Positions 21,699 through 31,307 of a stretch of DNA of 64,000 bases are shown here, one piece after another. Position 1 is the stretch's first letter. Every line of letters begins with the position of its first letter. Where the stretch lies: IMG/VR virus record IMGVR_UViG_2617271113_000004, positions 32,001 through 96,000 of that record; one strand, written 5' to 3'. The notes beneath the pieces were generated by a model. It did not search any database. It had not been told where the DNA came from and worked only from the letters and a program-made list of their open reading frames with translations. A program made the position numbers and the translations under genes. The stretch is from a virus. Its lineage: Duplodnaviria > Caudoviricetes.

Positions 21699-21902
21699 CT
21701 TTATAAATTATAAGGAATTATCTATTGCTGTTACAACATGTAGTAGGCTAGTTCACAACTGTTGCAACTTCATATTCTGTAAAATTTGCATCCCCAGTTT
21801 CTAATGGTTGTTTATAGCTATCATGTATTTTAGAACGATGTACACGATATCCTCCTAAGTTTTCTTTTAGTTTTGGAATCTGCACGATCATGAACATCAT
21901 TC

Positions 21903-21950
21903 AAAATAAAAGGGTTTCAATCTTCGTTTTTCGATGATTGAAACCCTTTA
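21903..21950 (-). terminator. Rho-independent terminator of the 160-aa gene
   Basis: aaagggtttcaatc...gattgaaaccctt long stem just past the stop codon, U-rich tail on the minus strand. Confidence 0.75.
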
Positions 21951-21961
21951 CTCGCATCAAT

Positions 21962-22444
21962 TTAAATTAGTAGCATTACTCCCGCTGCAATTGCGTCGCC
22001 AATTGGAACATAGTATGTTTTTGAAACACCCATATTGTCAAGTGACTGTTGAATAATTCCACTTAAACGTTTTTGTGAATAATCTTCTAAGTCACTAATT
22101 TTTTTCTGAGCATCGTCAATTCCATCAGCGATTTTATCACTGTTTTTAGAGAGATATCTTGCTTGGTCTGCATCAAGGAACTTTACGATTTTTGATAGTC
22201 CAGAACCACCATATCTAACTGCAAGTTCAGCAATTTGCATTGCACCTTTAATTATCCAACCAGTTTTACCAGCAGCTTCAACTTCTCCATCATCAACATT
22301 TGAAGGCTCATCCTGTATGTAATTATCAGATACAACCGGCTCCTTCATATTATTGGATTTTTCAGCAGCGAAACTTGCGCTTGGTACTAGAAAAGAAACC
22401 AGTAGCATAAGCGCCATGAAACTAATAAACGATTTCCTTAACAT
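21962..22444 (-). CDS. Secreted helical protein (Sec signal, acidic pro-region); bacteriocin-like candidate
   Basis: MLRKSFISFMALMLLVSFLVPSASFA signal peptide; strong GGGAGAGGG RBS; amphipathic mature part. Confidence 0.6.
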   Translation of the reverse strand: MLRKSFISFMALMLLVSFLVPSASFAAEKSNNMKEPVVSDNYIQDEPSNVDDGEVEAAGKTGWIIKGAMQIAELAVRYGGSGLSKIVKFLDADQARYLSKNSDKIADGIDDAQKKISDLEDYSQKRLSGIIQQSLDNMGVSKTYYVPIGDAIAAGVMLLI

Positions 22445-22545
22445 AATTCCCTCTCCCTTTTTTGGTAATTTTTTACTATAAGCAATTATAGAATACTAAA
22501 TGTCTAATACTTTGTAAATAGTTTCATAGTAAAATATTTACTTTT

Positions 22546-23703
22546 TTAATTACTGAACTTGATAGCCTTTTGAACATCAATTAAGCCTTTTCCATATAAA
22601 TGAGGATTTCCTAACGGCTTTGTTGACTTAACTAGTATCTTCCTTATTTCTTCAATATTCAATTTTGGATTATTCTGTAGCACTAAAGCAGCTACACCGC
22701 TAACATGAGGAGCAGACATGGATGTGCCATTCGCTAAGAAATATAATCCACTTTGGACTGTAGTATAAACTAGTTCACCAGGAGCAGATATATCAATTCG
22801 CTTCCCAGTGCTAGAATGGACGTATCTTTCACCATTTTTATTTATTGCTGCTACTGAAATAACCTCATCATAAGCAGCCGGGTAAGTAACAGTATCGTCC
22901 TTTTTAGTACCTCCCATGTTACCTGAGGATGCTACGAGCAGGATATCATTCTCGTTTGCTTTTTTAATGGCTTTTCTAAGAATATCTGTTTCCACATTTG
23001 TTTGTAGACTGAAGTTTACTATATTCATTTTATTTTCAATTGCCCACTCTATTCCTGTTACGACATCACTTATAAGACCTTTTCCATCATTCTTTAAAAC
23101 TTTGATAGAATAGAGATCCGCATCTGATGCAACTCCTAGTAGTCCATAAGAATTATCCAAGGCCCCTATAATTCCTGCTACTTTAGTACCGTGGCCATAA
23201 CCATCAAAGTAGTTCTCGCTATTATCCAATATATTTATTCCACCACTTACTTTTAAATCTTTATGTGGATTAATACCAGAATCTATAATTCCAACCCTAA
23301 TTCCTTTTCCGCTTATTCCAAGTTGATGGGCAGCTGTAGAACCAATATAATCTATGTTCCATGGCACTAATTGTTCTTGCGGGTCAATATCAATTGAGCC
23401 CCAATCAATATCTTCATAACCACTAATTTCCACCTCTACATTAGGTTCAACACTAACAACTTCATCTGCTTCCTCAATTACTTCTACACTACCTTTGGGT
23501 AATTCTACTAATAGTGATGGTGATATGGTGTATTCTTTAATTATTTCACCATTATGGTCTGTAATAATACCTTCATTCACCTCTGTTTTAAAAGTAACGA
23601 AATATTGGTCTCCTTCACCATCTACAGCTGCATCGACTTCTTGGAAATTTACGACCAAAAATAGAATAGATAGAAAGACTGAAATTATAATTCTTTTGTT
23701 CAT
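22546..23703 (-). CDS. Secreted subtilisin-family (S8) serine protease with I9-type propeptide
   Basis: Catalytic triad motifs IIDSGI, GHGTKVAG, GTSMSAPHVSG; SSGN oxyanion region; signal peptide. Confidence 0.95.
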   Translation of the reverse strand: MNKRIIISVFLSILFLVVNFQEVDAAVDGEGDQYFVTFKTEVNEGIITDHNGEIIKEYTISPSLLVELPKGSVEVIEEADEVVSVEPNVEVEISGYEDIDWGSIDIDPQEQLVPWNIDYIGSTAAHQLGISGKGIRVGIIDSGINPHKDLKVSGGINILDNSENYFDGYGHGTKVAGIIGALDNSYGLLGVASDADLYSIKVLKNDGKGLISDVVTGIEWAIENKMNIVNFSLQTNVETDILRKAIKKANENDILLVASSGNMGGTKKDDTVTYPAAYDEVISVAAINKNGERYVHSSTGKRIDISAPGELVYTTVQSGLYFLANGTSMSAPHVSGVAALVLQNNPKLNIEEIRKILVKSTKPLGNPHLYGKGLIDVQKAIKFSN

Positions 23704-23812
23704 CTAATTACATTCCCTTCCAAAAATATGGTAAAATATAGTATATCACATCGCAAAATAGTGTGGTGCTGGACTTGTGACATATTTATATAATTTACAG
23801 GAGGATTTGTAT

Positions 23813-24070
23813 ATGTTTGAAAAGAAGTTAGCTGATGAAGAATCTGTAAATCATTATGACAATGTACTCAACTGTGTAAATGAAATGAAAGAGGAAGAAG
23901 CTAAAGCATTCTTGAAACAAGTTTATGCAAGGATTGATATTGCTCTAAATGGTAACGGAGAATATGATAGCCAAAAGTTCTTAAAAGATTTGGATGGTAA
24001 GTTCAAAGAACTTGTAGAAGTTACAAAAAAGGAAAAAGAAAAGAAGAAAGAAAAAAATCAAGCCGAGTAA
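23813..24070 (+). CDS. Small charged helical hypothetical protein, the only credible plus-strand gene
   Basis: AGGAGG RBS before the ATG at 23813; TATAAT at 23789-23794; occupies otherwise empty space; downstream terminator. Confidence 0.7.
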   Translation: MFEKKLADEESVNHYDNVLNCVNEMKEEEAKAFLKQVYARIDIALNGNGEYDSQKFLKDLDGKFKELVEVTKKEKEKKKEKNQAE

Positions 24071-24123
24071 TATGTTTGGCCCGAGATTACAGCTTGATGA
24101 AAAGCCATAAATGCTTGTATAGT

Positions 24124-24150
24124 AAGGTTGCCATGAATAGGCAACCTTTT
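24124..24150. terminator. Probable bidirectional terminator between convergent genes
   Basis: aaggttgcc-atgaata-ggcaacctt stem followed by a T-run. Confidence 0.7.
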
Positions 24151-24186
24151 ACTTTAATTTAATGAAGCAAGCATTGAATCAATCCT

Positions 24187-24639
24187 TTAAGCATGACCAG
24201 TTACACCCTTTTTTCTTTGTATATGATCCTCCCGGTTTCCTAGTATTTTTATAGCAGCTGTTTCTGCATATTCCATATAATTAAATAGCCATTTTTCCAT
24301 AGATATGTTTTCATTATAAATCTCATGTAAATCTAAAACCTTTTGTAATCCAGCTTCTATTTTTTTATCTTCAGCTGTCATTGCAACGCCATTAACTTGT
24401 TTTGAAATCAAACGAATGAATGCAAACAAAACAAATTCTACAGCAGATACTCCTTTACTTAGATTTATTTTTTCTTCTGCAATTTCAAACAAGATTCTAT
24501 TGACTTCATTTTGTTGTGTTAAATTTAACTGCTCATAATTGTTTTTATTAATTTCTCCTGATAGAATCCTATCTTCAAGCTGTTGCATCTTTTTGTCGTC
24601 ATCTGAAATAAGACTAATTCTTTCTCTTGTCATTTTCAT
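24187..24639 (-). CDS. Hypothetical helical protein, possible fibre assembly chaperone
   Basis: 150 aa; AAGGAGG RBS; directly follows the three fibre paralogs; function inferred from position only. Confidence 0.45.
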   Translation of the reverse strand: MKMTRERISLISDDDKKMQQLEDRILSGEINKNNYEQLNLTQQNEVNRILFEIAEEKINLSKGVSAVEFVLFAFIRLISKQVNGVAMTAEDKKIEAGLQKVLDLHEIYNENISMEKWLFNYMEYAETAAIKILGNREDHIQRKKGVTGHA

Positions 24640-24645
24640 CCCTCC

Positions 24646-25788
24646 TTATGACCATGTAATAGCGTAGCTTGATAATTTAGCTCCTTTTGGTATTTCCACT
24701 TTTAAACAAAGCTTGTTATCAATTTGGTCTGAATCAGAAAAGTAGAATAGTGTGTTAGGTTTAATTTTTTCCCACGTCTCCCCTCCATTTCGAGAGATAT
24801 AATATTTTATCTTTGTTGAAATTGAATCAACAATAAATTCTATTTCCGAGAGTATTATTCCCCAACTTCCATTCCGTGTTAATTCAAATCGAACAAATCT
24901 ATTACTTAGCAACAATTCATATTCACGCATTGTTTCATATGGTGTGTTATCATCATGAGTGTTCGTCACCCATGGAACAACTTCTTCATAATTAATATCA
25001 TCATCTGAAACAAGTATCCTATAATTGGAAGAAGCATCATTTCTTGCTCTTGGATATACCCTAATAGTTTCAATAACTGGATTTCCGATTGACTGAAAAT
25101 CAAATATTAGTGATTGACTGCCTTTTGAATCTGCTAACCAATAACTGTGTGGATCAGAATGAAATATACTACCATCCGATATACTTATCGTACCATTAAA
25201 TAAATGACTTAAAGCGTAGTATTCAGGATGATCTTTATATTCATATTTTTTAGCAGAAGATTTTACTGTCACTCCATTGGGTGCAATATATTTAAAGCTA
25301 TTATCCTCCCCATTGCTTAAGTCTAAAATACTTGGAGGTTCTGGTTCTATTGCATCAATTGATAAAACTGCCTTATCTATATGTGCATCTGTTTCTTCTA
25401 TGGTTGTAACAATTGTTGCGAAATTATCTTCTTGATTATCTTCAGTTGTAACGGTACCTAGATTTGTATCATGTTTGTAGTGTTTGCTCTTTACAGAGTC
25501 AATTCCACTTAAATCTAGTAAATCATCAAAGATCATATTATGCATATGATACTTTTTACTTTGAGCAATTGCATTTAATTTAGCATTAGCTTTCATTATA
25601 TTTACAGCATTATTAATAATTAATTTATCAGCTTGTCTTGTTACGTTTTGGATAGATTTATCGATTTTATCTATTCGTTCTTTCATAGTTAAGAAAGATC
25701 CTGTAATTCCTTCTCCTAATATTTCATTACGAGTTACTTTTTCTTGTTTGTCTGCTTTGCTTGATGTTCCATATGAAAGAATATCCAT
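24646..25788 (-). CDS. Tail fibre/receptor-binding paralog 3 with one discoidin (F5/8-C-like) domain
   Basis: MDILSY N-terminus shared with paralogs (start 25788); LFNG..SYW..YRILVSDD..RFVRF..SEIEF discoidin pattern. Confidence 0.65.
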   Translation of the reverse strand: MDILSYGTSSKADKQEKVTRNEILGEGITGSFLTMKERIDKIDKSIQNVTRQADKLIINNAVNIMKANAKLNAIAQSKKYHMHNMIFDDLLDLSGIDSVKSKHYKHDTNLGTVTTEDNQEDNFATIVTTIEETDAHIDKAVLSIDAIEPEPPSILDLSNGEDNSFKYIAPNGVTVKSSAKKYEYKDHPEYYALSHLFNGTISISDGSIFHSDPHSYWLADSKGSQSLIFDFQSIGNPVIETIRVYPRARNDASSNYRILVSDDDINYEEVVPWVTNTHDDNTPYETMREYELLLSNRFVRFELTRNGSWGIILSEIEFIVDSISTKIKYYISRNGGETWEKIKPNTLFYFSDSDQIDNKLCLKVEIPKGAKLSSYAITWS

Positions 25789-25823
25789 TATAATCACCAA
25801 CTATTCTCTTTTATTCTTACTAG

Positions 25824-27779
25824 TTATATCCAGGCATAGCTTAAACCGTGTAACTCTTGACCACTCTCAAGAATTATTTTTACTCTTAATTCACTTCCTT
25901 CTGGTTGATTTGATAAATAAGTAAGTTCATCTTCTTTAGTTTCAACCCAATTAAGTCCATTATTTCTTGAAACAAGAATAGCTTGCTTTTGGAATTCATG
26001 CTTATACAGTAGTTTAATACGATCTATGTTAGGTGTTCCTAAGTTATTCTCTCCACTTTTCAGAATGACTTTTAACCGTACATAACGACATTTTTCCGTT
26101 TCAGATTTACCTCCAGAATCAACTATTTTGTATTCTGAATAGTTGATTCCATCTAATGAAGTGGATATCAATAAATCAATTTTACTAGAAGAGTTTTTAT
26201 AACCATAAAATTGCAACTCTGCAATAGTAGGGAAGTCTATTCTTTCAGCATCTAACACATAAACTCTGTATGCCTTATAACTTTTAGAATTATTTAAAGT
26301 AAAATATCTTGTTTCTCCACCAAACCAGTTTTCTTCATTGTGGAAAGTTTGTATATCTTCCCATATTCCATCATTACCATCTGTTGTATCAAAAGAACCT
26401 TGAACTCTAAAAGCTGATGGTGTTCTTTCTGGAAACCCAGTTGCTCTAGCACTTATGGAGATTTGTTTTACTAATTGAGGATAATTAAAACAAAATCCAA
26501 CGTAATTATTTAATCTTTCAGTATTCCAAAAATCCGAAACGTTATTGTTAAAAGCTCTCCATGCCATTCTTGGATAATCTCCATAGTCATAATAATCACT
26601 TGCAAAAGCAAAGCCTTCTGCTGATTCATTCTGCTCTAGCACTGGTACTAAATTATCACTATACCCTGAAAAAAGTTCAGAAATTGTACTAACTCGTCCT
26701 AGGTCAATAATATTAGATTCATAAGTTCCTTCATTGTAGTATCTATCTAGATAATTTTCTTCTATAAATTCTAATTCGGCTATTGTTGGGTAATCAGTTC
26801 TTTGTGCATCTAGAATTAGAATACGGTAAGATATATAATCTTCTTCGTTATTTAATTGATATATTCTTTTTTCCCCTATGGCCCAATTCAATTCTTCAGA
26901 GAACTGTGCTATTTCAACCCAATTGCCATCTGTTCCATTTGTAGTATCCTTAGATGCTTCTATCCTGAAAGAAGTTGGTGTTCTGGACGGTAAAGTATCG
27001 TTTCTTGCTGTTAGACTAATTTGTTTTATAACTTTTGGAGATTCAAATATATATCCTACAAAATTACCTAAGCTTGTTGTGTTCCAAAAGTCTGAAGCAA
27101 CGCCATTAAAAGCTTGATAAGGATAATTGGATGCATAATAAGTACTTGCAAACACTAATCCTTCAGGTGCTGTTTCTGAAATCATCATTGGCACTGCATT
27201 TTTATAACCGTCCATTACTTGTTCACCAGTTGCTTCTAACTTAAGCTGTCCATTTAAATAGACTGTATTTGTAAAAGTACCCTTTGCTAAATCTACCTCT
27301 CTTTGCATGATACCAGGCTCACTAGTTTCTTTTGAGACCATAACCATTTCAGGAATGCCTTCTGTATCTTCTTTTATGGTGACAATTTCAGCATTATTTC
27401 CCTCTTCAGCAATTCTAATTAAATTATTGTCCTTGTCGTAGAAATAATTAATGGATAAGCTGGAGTCTATACCACTTTCATCTGCAAAATCATCTACAAT
27501 TAAATCTTTTAACTTGTATCGTTGGAGATTAAGCAGTGAATTTACTTTTAAATTATATTTATTTAAGTTTATAGAAGTCTGTATAGACACATCTGATACA
27601 CGGTTTACTAGTTCCACTCCAGGATCTTTTTCTTCTAATGCAGTTATTCGATTATCTACATTTTCATATTTATCTTTGATATCTTTATCTTGCTCAGTGC
27701 CGTTCATACCCAACTTGTCTTGTGTTAACTTAATTTCTCTCTTTGCTTTAGCAGCCTTTTGATAGCTAATTATATCCAT
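25824..27779 (-). CDS. Tail fibre/receptor-binding paralog 2 with two tandem discoidin-like domains
   Basis: Two near-identical units AFN..SDFWNT...KQIS..AR..P.RTP..FR...DTT.G.DG.W...PTIAEL.F. Confidence 0.7.
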   Translation of the reverse strand: MDIISYQKAAKAKREIKLTQDKLGMNGTEQDKDIKDKYENVDNRITALEEKDPGVELVNRVSDVSIQTSINLNKYNLKVNSLLNLQRYKLKDLIVDDFADESGIDSSLSINYFYDKDNNLIRIAEEGNNAEIVTIKEDTEGIPEMVMVSKETSEPGIMQREVDLAKGTFTNTVYLNGQLKLEATGEQVMDGYKNAVPMMISETAPEGLVFASTYYASNYPYQAFNGVASDFWNTTSLGNFVGYIFESPKVIKQISLTARNDTLPSRTPTSFRIEASKDTTNGTDGNWVEIAQFSEELNWAIGEKRIYQLNNEEDYISYRILILDAQRTDYPTIAELEFIEENYLDRYYNEGTYESNIIDLGRVSTISELFSGYSDNLVPVLEQNESAEGFAFASDYYDYGDYPRMAWRAFNNNVSDFWNTERLNNYVGFCFNYPQLVKQISISARATGFPERTPSAFRVQGSFDTTDGNDGIWEDIQTFHNEENWFGGETRYFTLNNSKSYKAYRVYVLDAERIDFPTIAELQFYGYKNSSSKIDLLISTSLDGINYSEYKIVDSGGKSETEKCRYVRLKVILKSGENNLGTPNIDRIKLLYKHEFQKQAILVSRNNGLNWVETKEDELTYLSNQPEGSELRVKIILESGQELHGLSYAWI

Positions 27780-27794
27780 CGTCTACCTCCTAAT

Positions 27795-27817
27795 TGAAAG
27801 GCATTACAATTATTATA
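27795..27817 (-). promoter_or_regulatory. -10 box (TATAAT) with palindromic operator copy 3 downstream
   Basis: Plus strand TGAAAGGCATTACA at 27795-27808 and ATTATA at 27812-27817, upstream of the GGAGG RBS of the 651-aa gene. Confidence 0.6.
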
Positions 27818-27846
27818 CATTGTATTTAAAATAGATGGAAGGGCGA

Positions 27847-29283
27847 TTACGCCCAACCGAATGATATAGCAGATACTTTAGAAGAAGTATTCGGTAACGA
27901 GATCTTTATTTGTAATTCTGTATTTGCCTCTAATGCAATATTTATTATAGTATCTTCTTTTATTTCTTCCCAATTATTTCCTAAGTCTATCGAATATGTC
28001 AGTATGACATCCTTTGTTCCATCAGATATTACCCATAAATAGCTCTTTGAATTTTTTATTAATTCAGGAGTTAAAATTACTTCTCCTTGACCACTATACA
28101 ACTTATTAGTTTCATCGTAAGTTCCAGTTGCTTCTTCTACTTCACTTGTATCTTCGAATGTATCAATCACTAAATCATGTAATCTATATTTCTCAGATAG
28201 CATCAGTGAATTAGCTTTGAAATTTAATTTAGAAAGATTAACAACATTGGTTTCCTCTAATTCTTTCATCCTTCCTTCAATGGTCAATTCATCGTAGTTT
28301 ATCTTTATAGAATCTATTACTGGTGTTTCTACTGCAACGTCTTGGACAGTCTCTTCAGTTGGAAATATAACTTCTGAAGATAAAATAGCTTTTAATTTCA
28401 AAAATCTCGCTTGAACTGGATTATCAATATCTATAGAAGCAAAATCAGTAAAAGAGATTCCGTCTTGTGAAGTAGCAACTTTTACTTCAATATTTGTAGT
28501 TTCACTTAATTGATTTGTGATATCAACTAAACTTGTCTTATTCCAACCTACTCCCAAATCAATTACAGTTGAAGTCCATGAACCTTGGGGGACATAAGTT
28601 TTAGTTTCTTCAAGTTCATAAAATTCTATTTCATTTACAGTTATTCGATTACCCTCTCTTATACTTGACCAAGTAATACGATAATATTGATATTCTTTAG
28701 GCTCCTCAATAATAAATTCTATTTCTTTTTTAGTTTCATCAGTTTCATGATAAATAGTCTCATAGACAGATTCATCATTACTTCCTTCTATTATCCATTC
28801 TTTAGGTTTGCCATATCCGCTATAGATAAACTTCATCTTTGATATGAGGTGTGGTTGGTTGAAGTTTAGTTGAAACCACCCTGGAAACCTAGTGGAAATA
28901 CTTGAATTAGTACTTGTAGAGTAATTGCCATCAAACATTCTATTTTGAAAATGAAAGTATTCTAAACTTGAACTAAATGTAATGCTAAATGTCGTATCTA
29001 GATTTTTTAGTAAAAGATTATTATTTGAAGGGGCAAAAATCTTACCAATTTCTTTTAATTGCAATTTATTATCTAATGGTTCCAAATTGTTAAAAACGCC
29101 ATGTTTAAAATCAATATTATAACTGTTTCCTACGAGCAATTTATCTGATTGTCCTTCAATCCAATCTAATCGATGATCCACTGTTTTAAATCGACACTCA
29201 GCTTTATTCCCGATTATCTGTTCATTAAGATAGTCTATATCCTTCAATGCATTTACAGCTTTACTTAATGATATTACATCCAT
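27847..29283 (-). CDS. Tail fibre/receptor-binding paralog 1 with one discoidin-like domain
   Basis: MDVISLSKA N-terminus; MFDGN..WFQLNF..PKEWIIEGSND..YQYYRI..NEIEFY. Confidence 0.65.
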   Translation of the reverse strand: MDVISLSKAVNALKDIDYLNEQIIGNKAECRFKTVDHRLDWIEGQSDKLLVGNSYNIDFKHGVFNNLEPLDNKLQLKEIGKIFAPSNNNLLLKNLDTTFSITFSSSLEYFHFQNRMFDGNYSTSTNSSISTRFPGWFQLNFNQPHLISKMKFIYSGYGKPKEWIIEGSNDESVYETIYHETDETKKEIEFIIEEPKEYQYYRITWSSIREGNRITVNEIEFYELEETKTYVPQGSWTSTVIDLGVGWNKTSLVDITNQLSETTNIEVKVATSQDGISFTDFASIDIDNPVQARFLKLKAILSSEVIFPTEETVQDVAVETPVIDSIKINYDELTIEGRMKELEETNVVNLSKLNFKANSLMLSEKYRLHDLVIDTFEDTSEVEEATGTYDETNKLYSGQGEVILTPELIKNSKSYLWVISDGTKDVILTYSIDLGNNWEEIKEDTIINIALEANTELQIKISLPNTSSKVSAISFGWA

Positions 29284-29295
29284 ATGATCACCCTC

Positions 29296-29787
29296 TTATT
29301 CACTAGGCTCTTCTGGGCTAATAAGAGTCTCTGTTTGAATTCCAGTTATATCTCCATTTGTATAGGAGTATGTTTTTGTTACTTGCACATTTTTTCCATT
29401 TCCATTACTGAATGTTTTTACTGAATTGATAAGTTCTCCACTTCCATCATCCTTGTAATTATAGGTAACTGTAAAAACCCGATCTCCTGAAGATTCGTGT
29501 TTAATTACATTTCCATTCTCATAAGTAAATACTTCACTGTAATTACCTGTTTCTAACTCATCTTCAAGTTCAGCTACCCTTTGGGATATTGGCTTTCCAC
29601 TATCTAAATAAGCTTGTTTTAAATCGCTAATAACTTCAGCCTCTGCATTACCCATCATTGATGTATCAATATTTAATAACTTTTCACTTAAAGTAATAGC
29701 GTCACCTTGGATAACTTTCAGTTGATTAATTAATGTTTGTAAAGTAACATCTAAATCCTTTTGCAGTATTTTTGTAGGGCGACTCAT
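29296..29787 (-). CDS. Hypothetical baseplate/fibre-attachment protein
   Basis: 163 aa; coiled N-terminal half, YD-like hairpins (FTYENGNVI, YSYTNGDIT) in the C-terminal half. Confidence 0.45.
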   Translation of the reverse strand: MSRPTKILQKDLDVTLQTLINQLKVIQGDAITLSEKLLNIDTSMMGNAEAEVISDLKQAYLDSGKPISQRVAELEDELETGNYSEVFTYENGNVIKHESSGDRVFTVTYNYKDDGSGELINSVKTFSNGNGKNVQVTKTYSYTNGDITGIQTETLISPEEPSE

Positions 29788-29811
29788 GTTTCAAACCTCC
29801 AATTAATTTAA

Positions 29812-30654
29812 TTATAGAATCTCGATTAACCGTGGTCGAATCCGTTCTTCTTCAGAAATCACATGATTAGTTAGAAGTGCTGGTGTATCATTCAAATAAA
29901 AGTACTTAACCTTAAAATCTACAATATTGTCGTCCAAATTCATTACTTTTTGAACAAAATCATTATAAATAAAGTCTTGATCTATTGAAAAGTTACCAAA
30001 ATAATTATTCAACTCACTCTTTACATTTAGGCGTATGCCTTCACTATCTCTTGTGCCTTCTTTCAATATAAGCTGTAGTTCTATCTCTAAATAGATTTCA
30101 TCAGGTAGGATTACATAAGGCTTCACTCCAAAGGCTTTTACTTGCTGCAAAACACTTTCCATGTTCTGTTTAACTGTTTCTGAGTCAAATCCATTTAAAG
30201 TAGTAAGAATAAAGCTAAATGTCCCTGTCCCATGTGTATATTCCTTCCCAAAAATAGACTGAACTCCTGGTATAGATAAACATGCGAGTCTTACAGCCTC
30301 CTCATTAGAAGAGACAGCTGCACTTACTTGTTTTGATAGCTCTATTCTATATGTGTCATCATCAATTAGCTTTTCTTCTTCGACACCTGTATCTTGATTT
30401 ATGATAATTTCTGTTCGCCTCGGATAATTAAACATCTCGCCCATTAACTCTAAATGCGTTCCAATAGCCCTGCTTAAATAACCATTGTTAAGCACTTCCT
30501 CAGCAAATTCATAAAGACTCTCAAATTCTCCACTCAATGATTCTGTTATAGATCGTGCAATACTTCCTGCATTAAAATTGGTAATAGGCGTATTTGTGAC
30601 AATAACATCCAGAGCATCTTTAATAATCTCTTCTTTACTTCTTTTAACTAGCAT
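29812..30654 (-). CDS. Baseplate J/gp47-like wedge protein (compact)
   Basis: TNFNAGSIARSITE, LSRAIGTHLELMG, DDDTYR, SIPGV, VKAFGVK motifs typical of baseplate J; canonical position. Confidence 0.8.
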   Translation of the reverse strand: MLVKRSKEEIIKDALDVIVTNTPITNFNAGSIARSITESLSGEFESLYEFAEEVLNNGYLSRAIGTHLELMGEMFNYPRRTEIIINQDTGVEEEKLIDDDTYRIELSKQVSAAVSSNEEAVRLACLSIPGVQSIFGKEYTHGTGTFSFILTTLNGFDSETVKQNMESVLQQVKAFGVKPYVILPDEIYLEIELQLILKEGTRDSEGIRLNVKSELNNYFGNFSIDQDFIYNDFVQKVMNLDDNIVDFKVKYFYLNDTPALLTNHVISEEERIRPRLIEIL

Positions 30655-30671
30655 GAAACACACCTCTCTTT

Positions 30672-31307
30672 CTAAATAGTTTGCGGTGATTTAACAATAA
30701 TAGGATCATCGGCATCACTATCTACAACTGTGTAAAAATCAATTTGATCAATACTTGTAGGAACAGCTTTCACAGTAATGTCCTCTCTCATGAAACGACC
30801 ATCATAAGTTAATGTCTCATGTATAGATTCTTCTCCACGTATTCCTGTTGCTTTTGTATTAGGCTCTCCTTCTAACAACTCCATATCTGCTCCTATATTC
30901 TCGTGAGATCGCCAATCCCCTTTTTGAGTTCTTATTCTATTCATTGCATCTTGTTCCGCAGATTCATAATTCGTTGTTAATCCCAAATCAACTCCACCCG
31001 CATTGTCAGGTTCTCCTAATATAAGATCTCCTTCAATAACGGCATATATCTGATATTCATATAGATTATCTACAGGAGGTTTGCTATCTTGGTAATGCAT
31101 TACATTTTGATCTAATGTAACAACTAACTCCCATCCTTCCACAGATACATCTTTACGATAAATTGCATATCCACCAATTTCATTTTGTAACTCCCATGTA
31201 AGGTAATATCCCGCATCGTTGGGGGTAATATCAATAAAGTCCATTTTTTCTTTTCCGTAAAAGGACATATCAATTTCTTTATATTTCCCCATATACCTAT
31301 TCACCAT
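30672..31307 (-). CDS. gp25/gpW-like baseplate protein with an N-terminal FN3-like domain
   Basis: EQDAMNRIRTQKGDWRSHENIGADME is gp25-like; LTW..GYAIYRK..YQD..YEYQIYAV is FN3-like. Confidence 0.65.
   Translation of the reverse strand: MVNRYMGKYKEIDMSFYGKEKMDFIDITPNDAGYYLTWELQNEIGGYAIYRKDVSVEGWELVVTLDQNVMHYQDSKPPVDNLYEYQIYAVIEGDLILGEPDNAGGVDLGLTTNYESAEQDAMNRIRTQKGDWRSHENIGADMELLEGEPNTKATGIRGEESIHETLTYDGRFMREDITVKAVPTSIDQIDFYTVVDSDADDPIIVKSPQTI

Noticed and set aside
26200-27200. Internal DNA similarity in the 651-aa gene as a possible DGR template/variable repeat pair
   Set aside because: Both copies are in-frame coding domains, the differences do not appear adenine-specific, and no reverse transcriptase is in the window
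29296-29560. RHS/YD-repeat toxin
   Set aside because: Only two or three YD-like hairpins in a 163-aa protein; no RHS core or toxin tip
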